Source: a bacterium (GTDB taxonomy: Bacteria; Armatimonadota; Zipacnadia; Zipacnadales; UBA11051). Taken from it: a stretch of 64,000 bases of DNA. Every line of letters begins with the position of its first letter. The stretch's first letter is position 1. Positions 9,356 to 18,037 of the stretch are shown in pieces. The notes below the pieces were generated by a model. That model searched no databases. It worked only from the letters and a program-made list of their open reading frames with translations, and was not told where the DNA came from. The position numbers were made by a program, and so were the translations under genes. The stretch is from NCBI GenBank assembly GCA_030604405.1, contig JAUVVY010000006.1, positions 14,589 through 78,588 on the forward strand. The letters are read 5' to 3'.

Positions 9356-10141
9356 CTAGATGTCACCATACTTCGCATACGCACATGCAGAATGATTGTG
9401 TATGGATTCGAAACTTTCACAGTCGGCCGAACAGCCGATGACTTCCGGCTGCTCTTTCAACGCAATTATCGTATCCCGCACCACGTCTTCGACAAACTTG
9501 GGATTGTCATAGGCCGCTTCAGTGACCATCTTCTCATCTGCGCGCTTCAGCAGCGGAAACATCTCACAACTTCCCTGCGCCTCCAACAAAGGTATCAAGT
9601 CCTCGAGCCATAGTACCGCCCCTGACTGACAATTCACGCGTGCGGATAGCATCGCCCGCTGGCTGTGAGCGCCGCGGTCAGAAATCTCCTTCGAGCACGG
9701 ACACAGCGTGACGATTGGGACAGTCGCACCCACCAAGAACCGGAAGACGCCATTTTGGATGGTACCCCTGAAACTGCAATCATAATCAAGCTGGCTGACG
9801 TGCCCCGAAGCCGGGGCAGTTTTGGACAAGAAATACTTGAACTCCAACAGCAGGCGTGCTGCCGGCGCTGCGAAATCATCCAGGATCCGCCGCAGCGTCG
9901 CTTCCATCTCGACCATCGAAACCGCTTGCTTGCTCCAGGATGATAGAATATCCACGAAGCGGCTCATGTGCGCGCCGCGCTGGATATCCGGCAGCGTCAC
10001 GCTGGCCTCTACCTGCCCCAGCACACGTGCATACCCGCCATCCTTCGCCCTGACCTGCACAGGCAAGTGCAGGTCTCTTATGCCGACCCGATCAATCGTG
10101 ATGCCCCTGTCATCAGTCTCTGACGCTATGTCTTTCATCAC
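9356..10141 (-). CDS. folE2: GTP cyclohydrolase IB (FolE2/MptA family)
   Basis: IDRVGI, RGAHMSRF, TLCPCSKEIS..GAHSQR, AYDNPKFVED, FESIHNHSA. Confidence 0.96.
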   Translation of the reverse strand: MMKDIASETDDRGITIDRVGIRDLHLPVQVRAKDGGYARVLGQVEASVTLPDIQRGAHMSRFVDILSSWSKQAVSMVEMEATLRRILDDFAAPAARLLLEFKYFLSKTAPASGHVSQLDYDCSFRGTIQNGVFRFLVGATVPIVTLCPCSKEISDRGAHSQRAMLSARVNCQSGAVLWLEDLIPLLEAQGSCEMFPLLKRADEKMVTEAAYDNPKFVEDVVRDTIIALKEQPEVIGCSADCESFESIHNHSACAYAKYGDI

Positions 10142-10172
10142 TTGCCTCGTGCCATCAGAGAAACGGAGTGCG

Positions 10173-11321
10173 TCAAAGAGGATCGCTTACATCAACCCAT
10201 CTGCCCTCTGCGACACTTTGCCTTATCGCTGCATCTGCCGCCTGCGTCCGGGCACCATCGTACAGGGTAGCCGTTCCCAGACGACCTTCACTCAGAGCCA
10301 TCAGGAAGTCAAAGATGCTCTGGATATGGAAACGCATCCAGCCGACAGGAAGTTTGGGCGCGGGCAACGCCGACGGCTTCGGGTAGCGCTGTACGCACTC
10401 GATCTGCTTGTAACCACGACTCCCGCCCAGCTCGCCCTCCTCATCGCGCATGTCGTAAGCATAGAGAAAATTCGCGTCCATCATGTCGAACTTCAGGGAG
10501 CCGTTTTCACCGTATATCTCATAGGTGAAACCGTCCTGCGTGCCGGTGGCGAAACGCGAGGCCTCGATAAGCCCACGCCCACCGCGGGCCATCTCCGCCT
10601 CGAGGCACACGTAATCGTCCACCTCGACCGGGCCCATTTCGGTCGAGCCTGCCGCGACCGGCCGCTGTGCGATATACGTCTGCATCGAGCCGCGCACCCT
10701 GGCAATGTCGCCGAGCAGATACTGCATCATGTCAATGATGTGACTGCCGAGATCGCTCAGCGCCCCGCCCCCAGACTCCTTCTGCAGCCGCCACGACAGC
10801 GGCCGCGAGGGGTCGGTATAGCCGGCGTGGTAATAGGTGGCGCGGAAATGGTAAAGCTGGCCCAAGAAGCCATCGGCTAGCATCTGCCGCGCCCGCATGC
10901 AGGCCGGAATGAAGCGGCAGTGAAACGCCATCCCATGGTATTGCTCCGGTCGCTGACGGGCCGCGGCCACGATCTGCTGCGCCGAGGCCAGCTCCACCGT
11001 CAGCGGCTTGTCACAATAGACATGCTTGCCAGCTTCCAAAGCCGCAATGATCTGGCCCTTGTGCAGATGGTTCGGCGAGCAGATGTCAATGACATCAATG
11101 TCCTCGCGCTGCAGCAACTCTTCAAGGTCCGTGGTGCCGAAGCTGAAGCCGCCTTGGTCAGCGGCTCGCTTTGCCGTCTCTGGCCGGCTGGTACAAACGC
11201 CCACCAGTTCCGCCTTCACAGGACACTGCTCAAAAAACAGGGGCAGACTCTGATACGCATGAGTATGCACCTTGCCGATGAAGCCGAAGCCGACGAGGCC
11301 GATGCCGATTCGCCTGCTCAT
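10173..11321 (-). CDS. Gfo/Idh/MocA family oxidoreductase
   Basis: GLVGFGFIG Rossmann motif, ICSPNHLH, VYCDKP, GGGALSDLGSHIID. Confidence 0.93.
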   Translation of the reverse strand: MSRRIGIGLVGFGFIGKVHTHAYQSLPLFFEQCPVKAELVGVCTSRPETAKRAADQGGFSFGTTDLEELLQREDIDVIDICSPNHLHKGQIIAALEAGKHVYCDKPLTVELASAQQIVAAARQRPEQYHGMAFHCRFIPACMRARQMLADGFLGQLYHFRATYYHAGYTDPSRPLSWRLQKESGGGALSDLGSHIIDMMQYLLGDIARVRGSMQTYIAQRPVAAGSTEMGPVEVDDYVCLEAEMARGGRGLIEASRFATGTQDGFTYEIYGENGSLKFDMMDANFLYAYDMRDEEGELGGSRGYKQIECVQRYPKPSALPAPKLPVGWMRFHIQSIFDFLMALSEGRLGTATLYDGARTQAADAAIRQSVAEGRWVDVSDPL

Positions 11322-11435
11322 TGCGCTGCTCACCTGTGTTCTCGCTCTTCTGCGGGATACCTGGTCTTATCAAGGATAACATATATTTCGCCGCCGTAGC
11401 GTTGATGCCTGCCGGTAAGTACAGGAAAATATGCA

Positions 11436-11459
11436 GGCGGAGCCTGCCGACGCTCCGCC
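11436..11459 (-). terminator. Possible terminator hairpin after the DegT-family gene
   Basis: ggcggagc-N8-gctccgcc with a weak downstream U-tract. Confidence 0.4.
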
Positions 11460-11486
11460 CACCTGATCCGCTGAGCCCGCAATCCG

Positions 11487-12749
11487 CTACTTCTGGCTGC
11501 GGTAGTAGTCGGCCACCTTGCGAATGCCTCTGGCGATTATCTCGGCGTGTTCTATGGTGTGGCCCTCGGTCCAGCCGGAGGCGAAAATGTTCTGCTGCCC
11601 CCAAAGTGCGCCCGGATAGTCATTGACATCGTACTGCGGATCGCGGCCATAAGGCGGCTCCCACGGAAACTCAGAATCGCCGTACGCGACATGGTTGGCG
11701 ATGCACGGTGTGGTGACCATAGGTGTGCCACCAGCATAACCGGTTGCGAAAGGCATGCCCTCGGCGCTGATAGCTTGGGCGAATGTCTGCCTGTCTATGC
11801 CGAGGACCTGCTCGTCAATAGTGAAGGCGAACCGCCACCACGAGTGTCCCGTGGTCTTCGGATACATGTACGGCGGGTTGATGCCCTCGATAGCCTCGAG
11901 CAGACTGACAAGATGCTCCGCCGACTCCCGCCGGCGCTGAAGGATACTGGGGAGCTTGCGGGCCTGGGCCAGAGCCACCGCGCCGGTGACCTCGTTCATC
12001 CGGTAGTTGATGCCGATGCGCTGCACGATCCGCCCCTCGGTGCGACCGGTGCGATCGTAGAACTTATCGTGGAAGTCACGAGTGCGGGCATAAAGCTCCT
12101 CGTCGTTAGTCGCCAGCATACCTCCGTCGCCGGCCGTAATCTGCTTGCTCTGCTGCAGGGAAAAGCAGCCGATATCGCCGAAGGTGCCGACGGGCTGCCC
12201 ATCGTAGGTGGCACCGTGAGCCTGAGCGCAGTCCTCGATCACATACAGGTCATGGCTGCCGGCAATCTCCATGATCTCGTCCATCAGGCAGGGCTGCCCG
12301 AACAGGTGCACGACCAGAATGGCGCGGGTGCGGTCGCTTATCCGCTCTTCGATTGACTTGGGATTCATGTTGAGTGTCAGCCTGTCGAGGTCGGCGAAAA
12401 TCGGAATGCAGCAGCACTGCACGATGCCGATGTAAGTGCCCATGTCTGTGACCGGGCTGGTGATAATCTCATCACCGGGGTTCAACTCCAGCGCCGCTAC
12501 CGCGGTGTGCAGCGAGGCACTGCCAGATGTCACCGCCTGTACGTGTTTGATGCCCAGGAATTGAGCGTACTCCTTTTCGAACTGCTCGACCATGGTCCCG
12601 GAATAGCGGAACATCTTGCCGCTGCGAATCACTTCCGTGACCAACGCGATCTCTTCATCGCCCAGATCGCGTCCGCTGACGTCACCGGTTGAGGGGAAGC
12701 CCTCAGTCGCTGTCTTCGGCCCGCCATTGATCGCAAGTTCTTCAGCCAT
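11487..12749 (-). CDS. DegT/DnrJ/EryC1/StrS family PLP aminotransferase
   Basis: VTSGSASLH, VHLFGQP, IEDCAQAHG, FSLQQSKQITAGDGG (PLP Lys), GINYRM. Confidence 0.94.
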   Translation of the reverse strand: MAEELAINGGPKTATEGFPSTGDVSGRDLGDEEIALVTEVIRSGKMFRYSGTMVEQFEKEYAQFLGIKHVQAVTSGSASLHTAVAALELNPGDEIITSPVTDMGTYIGIVQCCCIPIFADLDRLTLNMNPKSIEERISDRTRAILVVHLFGQPCLMDEIMEIAGSHDLYVIEDCAQAHGATYDGQPVGTFGDIGCFSLQQSKQITAGDGGMLATNDEELYARTRDFHDKFYDRTGRTEGRIVQRIGINYRMNEVTGAVALAQARKLPSILQRRRESAEHLVSLLEAIEGINPPYMYPKTTGHSWWRFAFTIDEQVLGIDRQTFAQAISAEGMPFATGYAGGTPMVTTPCIANHVAYGDSEFPWEPPYGRDPQYDVNDYPGALWGQQNIFASGWTEGHTIEHAEIIARGIRKVADYYRSQK

Positions 12750-12793
12750 TTGAAAGCCTCCGTCTGTATTATTGCTAAACGGTGTCGCTACTC

Positions 12794-12856
12794 GCCTAAC
12801 CCCCTAGCCCCCTTCCCTAGCAGGGAAGGGGGAATCAAAAGGGCGTTGGGTTAGGC
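12794..12856. repeat. Nested palindromic REP-like element
   Basis: Inner perfect 11-bp inverted repeat cccccttccct-agc-agggaaggggg (12808-12832) inside a 9-bp outer repeat gcctaaccc/gggttaggc. Confidence 0.7.
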
Positions 12857-12890
12857 CAAGCCACAATGTCAGTACTTACCTCAGATGAGT

Positions 12891-12919
12891 ATCATAGACA
12901 GGACGCCAGCGAATTGCAA
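12891..12919 (-). promoter_or_regulatory. Sigma70-type promoter TTGCAA-17-TATGAT with extended TG
   Basis: -35 at 12914-12919, -10 at 12891-12896, upstream of the DegT gene. Confidence 0.6.
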
Positions 12920-12930
12920 ATCGGCTCGGA

Positions 12931-13758
12931 CTACGCGCAGGTCGCCGCTATTTGCCGCGCCAAAGCCCGGTTGTCGGCATGGCCGGTGCGATATGCCAGC
13001 ACATGCGCACACAACGGTTGGCCCAATAGATACAGGTCACCCAGCAAGTCCAGCAGCTTGTGCCGCGCCAGCGCATTGCCCGCAAAAGGCGACTCCGAAT
13101 AGTGGTCATCATAGACGATCAAGCAGTTCTCTTCGCTGCCTGCGGCGATCATCCCCGCCTGCTGAAGCTGCTGCAGTTCGTGCTCCGTGGCAAACGTCCT
13201 GGCAGGCGCGATCTCTTCGCCAAAACCGTCCGTGGTCGTGTCGAAGTCGGCAAACTGGTGGCCGATGAGCGGGTGCGGATGAACCAGTGAATAGGAGAAC
13301 CTCGCCGCATCTGCCGGCAGCAGAATCAAGGCCCTGTCCTCAGCGATGTGGAAAATCGGCTCGTCGGGAGTAATCGGCGCGTACTCGGCCGCAAGTGACT
13401 TCTGTCCCGCTGCCTCTAGCGCCTGATAGAACGGCAGTGCGCTGCCATCGAGTAGCGGAATCTCCGGCCCGTCAACAGCTATTCGCACATCAGTAATCCC
13501 CCACGCCCACAAGCCGGCCAGCAGGTGTTCGACGAAATCAACTCGGCCACGGTCATCACCAATAGAGGTGCAATTGGGCAAGGCGAGCGTATGATCGAGG
13601 TCAACCGGCCAGGTGAGGTCAAGGTCGCTGCGGGTGAGCGTAATGCCGCAGTCCGCCTCCGCCGGCAGCAGTCGCAGCGTGATGTGCTTGCCACTGCGCA
13701 CGCCGAGGCCGGCAATCTCTATCTCGTCTCGTATTGTTTTGCGCGGTACGGTGCTCAT
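12931..13758 (-). CDS. lpxC: UDP-3-O-acyl-N-acetylglucosamine deacetylase
   Basis: VEHLLAGL, EIPLLDGSA, IAPARTF, ARHKLLDLLGDL, GHADN. RBS before ATG 13758. Confidence 0.95.
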   Translation of the reverse strand: MSTVPRKTIRDEIEIAGLGVRSGKHITLRLLPAEADCGITLTRSDLDLTWPVDLDHTLALPNCTSIGDDRGRVDFVEHLLAGLWAWGITDVRIAVDGPEIPLLDGSALPFYQALEAAGQKSLAAEYAPITPDEPIFHIAEDRALILLPADAARFSYSLVHPHPLIGHQFADFDTTTDGFGEEIAPARTFATEHELQQLQQAGMIAAGSEENCLIVYDDHYSESPFAGNALARHKLLDLLGDLYLLGQPLCAHVLAYRTGHADNRALARQIAATCA

Positions 13759-13832
13759 CTCGCCTCGGTTTTCACTTATACACTCAGGGCTTGGGCTTCG
13801 CTCGTTCTTTATGGGCTGCCAGTTCACCTCTG

Positions 13833-14144
13833 CTACGAGGGCTGCTTGCGTGGGTGCCCGGGGCACAAGACGCCGTGGACGACATACCAGACTTGTTCGT
13901 CGTTGGCCTGAGGTAATACCTCGCTTATGGCGGCTTCAACGGCTGCATTCTCCTCCTCGGCCAGGCCGCCCTTCTCGAAGCCTGTCGCCTTGCTCTTTGT
14001 TTTGTACCAGTCGCAGCCACCCCCACAGCCGTATCTGTGCAGCAGTTTCCGCGCCGCCTCGCTGTCCACGCCTTGCGTCTCCGCGACCCGCGAGATAATC
14101 TCTTCGACCTGGCTTTTCTCCTGCTCGGTTGCCTCCATATTCAT
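13833..14144 (-). CDS. Small acidic hypothetical protein with CGGGC and CPGH motifs
   Basis: AAGGAG RBS; helical acidic sequence; HRYGCGGGCDWY and HGVLCPGH. Confidence 0.7.
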   Translation of the reverse strand: MNMEATEQEKSQVEEIISRVAETQGVDSEAARKLLHRYGCGGGCDWYKTKSKATGFEKGGLAEEENAAVEAAISEVLPQANDEQVWYVVHGVLCPGHPRKQPS

Positions 14145-14371
14145 CTCCGCTCCTTTACCGAGATACTTGCGCTGTGAGCGCGGCTCTTCATATGCTGATG
14201 AATCTCAAGCCCGTCACTCATGGGTGTTTGTAGTTGTCGCACTCGTCTGGCTCCTCTTGCACCCTTCCCCGCCGTCCGAACAGTAGCCACGCCTCAAGGG
14301 ATGAAGAGAGGACTGTCCAGCGTGGGCATCTCTACGCGCGGTAGGATAATATGTCCGCCAGCCGGTCCCAC

Positions 14372-15538
14372 TCAGTAGCTTGCCTGCAGGAGTTGCATCA
14401 GGTGCTCGCGGGTTACTTCGCCGGGAGTCTTGGCGATGGCGTGGTGCATGTATCGCTGCCCATCATCGGCAATCGTGTCCAGCATGTCCTCCGGAACGCC
14501 CAGGTCGCTCAGCGTCACGTCCATATCCACACGAACCAGGAACGCCTTGAGGGCTGCGGCTGTCTGGGATGCGGCCGCCTTGTCATCCGGCTCGTCAACC
14601 CCAAAGATGCGCGCGATTTCGGCGAATTGCTCCGGCGCTCGCTCCCAGATCATCTCGGCCCACGCCACCAGCACCGCCGCCAGGGCCGCGCCGTGGGGGA
14701 TTTCCGGACAGCGCCCGCTAATCGGGTGCCCGACACCGTGCATGATATTGGTGCCGGTCTGGGAAAGGACATAACCGGCAAAAACGTTGGCCAGCATCAT
14801 CCCTCGGCGGGCCTGCTGGTCGCTGCCATCGGCCACTGCGGCAGGCAGATGCGCTGCCACCAGTTCGATGGCTCGCAGCGCCCACTGGTCTGTTATCGGG
14901 TTGCCGACTCTGGATACGTAGCCTTCGACGGCGTGACAGACCACATCCACGCCTGTGCCAGCAGTTACCTCCGGCGGCATGCTGTAGGTAAGCTCAGGAT
15001 CCTCAATCGCGACGCGGGCGTACAACGCGTCTCCCGTGAGGGAAGTCTTCTCCCGAGAGTCCGGTACGGTGACAACCGCGAATGGCGTCAATTCGGATGA
15101 GGTGCCCGCAGTTGAGGTTACTGCGATGATGGGTAGCGTGGCCTCGGTGGGCGGCTTTTTCTTGCCAGTCTCATCGGGGAGGAGAAATTCGGTCATAGAT
15201 TCGTGAGTCGCAGCCACAGCAATGTTCTTGGCGCTGTCCATGGCGCTGCCACCGCCGAGGCCGACCAGGACATCGCAGCCCGCCTGCTTAGCCATCCGGC
15301 CGCCTTCGACAATGACATCAAGTGTGGGGTTAGGCGGAATCTTGTTGAAAACAGTCACCCGCATCCCGGCCTGTTCGAGCAGGTCCTGGGCCTTCTGCAG
15401 GTAGCCGGACTTTTCCATGGCGTAGCGGCCGGTGACCAGCATCGCGTGCCGGCCCAACGGTGCGGTCAGATCTCCAAGCTGTGAAAATGTCCCTTCTCCG
15501 AAGATAAGCCGTGTCGGGTTGTAGTACGAGAATTCCAT
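14372..15538 (-). CDS. Iron-containing alcohol dehydrogenase family
   Basis: NPTRLIFGEG, PNPT, GLGGGSAMDSAK, TTAGTSSE, DVVCHAVE, MHGVGH, HG motif. Confidence 0.93.
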   Translation of the reverse strand: MEFSYYNPTRLIFGEGTFSQLGDLTAPLGRHAMLVTGRYAMEKSGYLQKAQDLLEQAGMRVTVFNKIPPNPTLDVIVEGGRMAKQAGCDVLVGLGGGSAMDSAKNIAVAATHESMTEFLLPDETGKKKPPTEATLPIIAVTSTAGTSSELTPFAVVTVPDSREKTSLTGDALYARVAIEDPELTYSMPPEVTAGTGVDVVCHAVEGYVSRVGNPITDQWALRAIELVAAHLPAAVADGSDQQARRGMMLANVFAGYVLSQTGTNIMHGVGHPISGRCPEIPHGAALAAVLVAWAEMIWERAPEQFAEIARIFGVDEPDDKAAASQTAAALKAFLVRVDMDVTLSDLGVPEDMLDTIADDGQRYMHHAIAKTPGEVTREHLMQLLQASY

Positions 15539-15542
15539 GTGT

Positions 15543-16931
15543 CTATTGCTCCTCTTCTATCTCAGCCAGTTTCTGAGCTGCCCTCATCATCTCGAGGGCC
15601 TCCGGTGAGCCGGCGATAGGTATGCGGAAGGTCATGGTTGTGCCCTCGCCCTGGACACTTTCGACCCATACTTCTCCGCCATGCACGTCCACGACGTTTT
15701 TGACGATTTTTGTGCCCAGGCCTGTGCCCATCGGCTTGGTACTCACCGCATCATCAGTGAACAGCTTCCGCCGCACCTCTTCGGGCATCCCCTCACCGGT
15801 ATCCTCAACGGCCACTTCCAGATAACCCCCATCCGGGAACTCGCCCTCCTGCACGGTCGCACAATGCACAATGATTTTGGCACCCTCCGGACAGGCCTGC
15901 AGGGCGTTGTTTACCAGGTTATAGATGGCGTTGTACATCTGCTTGACGTCCATCACCGCCAGAGCGATGTCCTCAGGCACATCCTTTTCTATCGTCACGT
16001 CCTGCTTCTCAGCGACTATCGCCAGCATCGGCACAACCTGATCAACCACCATAGTGATGTCGTCTTCGTGGAAGCTGGGTTCGGTGACCATGCCCTTGAC
16101 GGCGGCGGACACCTCGGCCATGCGCATCTGAACCGCGTCACATCCGCTCTTCATCATGTCAGTCATTTCGGGCAGCAACTCGCGCAAGCTGAGGACCGCG
16201 TCCGAAACGGTATTGCTGCCGCTGTCGCCCAGTCCTTGACAAGCCCCATCGAATTCTGACCATGTATCCTCGGCCATAAACTCCAGCGTCTGGGCGGCAG
16301 TTTGCACGGGGGTCATCATGTTCTTCACATCGTGGCTCAAGTTACCGATGAAGCGAACGACCTCCGCCAGCCGCGCCTCTTCATTGAGCCGCGCGGTTTC
16401 CAGGGCTGCTGCGATCTGCGATGCGAGGATGTCCAGAATCGCCACATCCGCCTGGTCGAAGACCCCGTCGGTCTTATTGACCACCTGCATGACGCCTATC
16501 GCCCGGCCCTCGACGCTCATCAACGGAACGGTGACCATGTTCTTGGTCATGTAGTGAACCTGGTCTCCGACCCGTCGGTCATGCTTGGCGCTGGCGGTGA
16601 CATCGTCGCTGACGTCAATCTCGCCGCCCTGAAATACCGCCCCAGCCAGCCCCTGATCCGGCTCCATTTGCATCCCCGTAAGCTCGTCGGTTGCTTCGCC
16701 GACGACATACTTAAATACGAGCTTATCCTTGTCCTCATCGTACAGAATCACTGAGCCGGCCTCGGCCCCGACGCACTCAAGCGACACGTCCAAGGCCCTC
16801 TGGACCAGCTCGTTGACCTTGGTGACCTGACAAAGCGCCGCGCTAATGACTCGCACGGCCGCCATTTGCGCATTGCGCTCCTCAAGTTCTCGCGCTATGA
16901 TTTCCGCTTGCTTTCCGTCCTGCTCGCTCAT
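15543..16931 (-). CDS. GAF-domain sensor histidine kinase
   Basis: GAF (NMVTVPLM...GVMQVVNK...F), H-box SHDVKNMMT, N-box NLVNNA, G1 EDTGEGM, G2 GTGLG. GGAGG RBS before ATG 16931. Confidence 0.93.
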   Translation of the reverse strand: MSEQDGKQAEIIARELEERNAQMAAVRVISAALCQVTKVNELVQRALDVSLECVGAEAGSVILYDEDKDKLVFKYVVGEATDELTGMQMEPDQGLAGAVFQGGEIDVSDDVTASAKHDRRVGDQVHYMTKNMVTVPLMSVEGRAIGVMQVVNKTDGVFDQADVAILDILASQIAAALETARLNEEARLAEVVRFIGNLSHDVKNMMTPVQTAAQTLEFMAEDTWSEFDGACQGLGDSGSNTVSDAVLSLRELLPEMTDMMKSGCDAVQMRMAEVSAAVKGMVTEPSFHEDDITMVVDQVVPMLAIVAEKQDVTIEKDVPEDIALAVMDVKQMYNAIYNLVNNALQACPEGAKIIVHCATVQEGEFPDGGYLEVAVEDTGEGMPEEVRRKLFTDDAVSTKPMGTGLGTKIVKNVVDVHGGEVWVESVQGEGTTMTFRIPIAGSPEALEMMRAAQKLAEIEEEQ

Positions 16932-17056
16932 CGGCTGATGACCTCCTCCACAGATATGAGATGATTGCAGGTCCGTCGCACCATGTTGCCGCTTAGTCCG
17001 GCCAGCACCTCTGCCCATCCCCAGGCCTCCGTGTACAGCCTCGGGCCTGCAGCGTT

Positions 17057-18037
17057 TTACAGCGGCAGCGTCGTGCCTACGGCTTGTGCCACTGCCCGAT
17101 CATAGATGAGTTGTGCTGTCATTGCGTCATCCACCGCAATACCCATCAGTATGGACATGGTGCGCTCTTGTGGCCGCTCACGGCCGGGTTTCTTCCCGGC
17201 GACGATTTCGCCCAGGTCAGCATACGGCTTGGGAACATCCTTGAAATAGCCCTTGGAACGGTAGTAATCCATCTGGTCGTGGTCGTCTGTTATCAGCTTA
17301 TCAACTTTTGCGGCCAGTTCACCCTCCCACGCGCCCATATAATCAACCGGCGCGGCCATTGCCCCCGGTTTCAGCCATTCATCTTTGAGATATGGAGTGG
17401 GCTCTCTGGGGCTGGGCCCGGCCGTGACTATGACATCCGCACCTTCTACGGCCGCTTGTGGTCCGGCGACCGGCACGACATCGAAATCGTACTTGTCTCT
17501 GGCCTCCTCAACGAAGGCGTTCAGAGCAGGTTGGGAAGTATCGTAGCAGCGCAGTTGTACGATCTGCGGATACCTGGTATGCATGGCCAGCAGGTTGCTG
17601 CGGCCCTGAACCCCGCAGCCGACGATCGCCACGGTTTCGGCGCGCTCCGGGCCCAGGTACTTCATGGCCACCGCGTTAGCTGCTCCGGTGCGCATGGCGG
17701 TAACCCAGCTTGCGTCCATGATGCAGATAGGGAACATCGTCTCCGGATCATTGAGGATAATCAGACCGGAGATGCTGGGCAGGCCGCGCTTACGGTTGTC
17801 GTCATTGCCGCCGACCCATTTTATCGCCGCTATGTCGAGTTGGCCGACATAGGCGGGCATGGCGTGCAGAAATGTCTCGCCCCCACGCGGCTTGATAGCG
17901 GTCTTGGGTGGCATCTGTGCTTCGCCCATACCATTGCGCCGGAAGCCTTCCTCCACGACCTCGATGACCTCGGCCATAGAAATACTCAAGCTCTCGACAT
18001 CAGACCTGCTCAAGTACCTGAGATTCAAAGCTCTCAA
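17057..18037 (-). CDS. Ornithine cyclodeaminase / mu-crystallin family protein
   Basis: MPPK, HAMPAY, IKWVG, ITAMRTGA-type motif (VTAMRTGAA), IVGCGVQG, GIAVDDA. Confidence 0.92.
   Translation of the reverse strand: MRALNLRYLSRSDVESLSISMAEVIEVVEEGFRRNGMGEAQMPPKTAIKPRGGETFLHAMPAYVGQLDIAAIKWVGGNDDNRKRGLPSISGLIILNDPETMFPICIMDASWVTAMRTGAANAVAMKYLGPERAETVAIVGCGVQGRSNLLAMHTRYPQIVQLRCYDTSQPALNAFVEEARDKYDFDVVPVAGPQAAVEGADVIVTAGPSPREPTPYLKDEWLKPGAMAAPVDYMGAWEGELAAKVDKLITDDHDQMDYYRSKGYFKDVPKPYADLGEIVAGKKPGRERPQERTMSILMGIAVDDAMTAQLIYDRAVAQAVGTTLPL

Noticed and set aside
9822-10880. 352-aa plus-strand ORF
   Set aside because: Antisense shadow of folE2 and the Gfo gene, as expected in GC-rich DNA.
14150-14370. 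GGGAAG-GGTGCAA...GAGCCAG fragments resembling a cobalamin riboswitch
   Set aside because: Motifs are too compressed, the core GCxACTG elements are missing, and the downstream gene is not B12-related.
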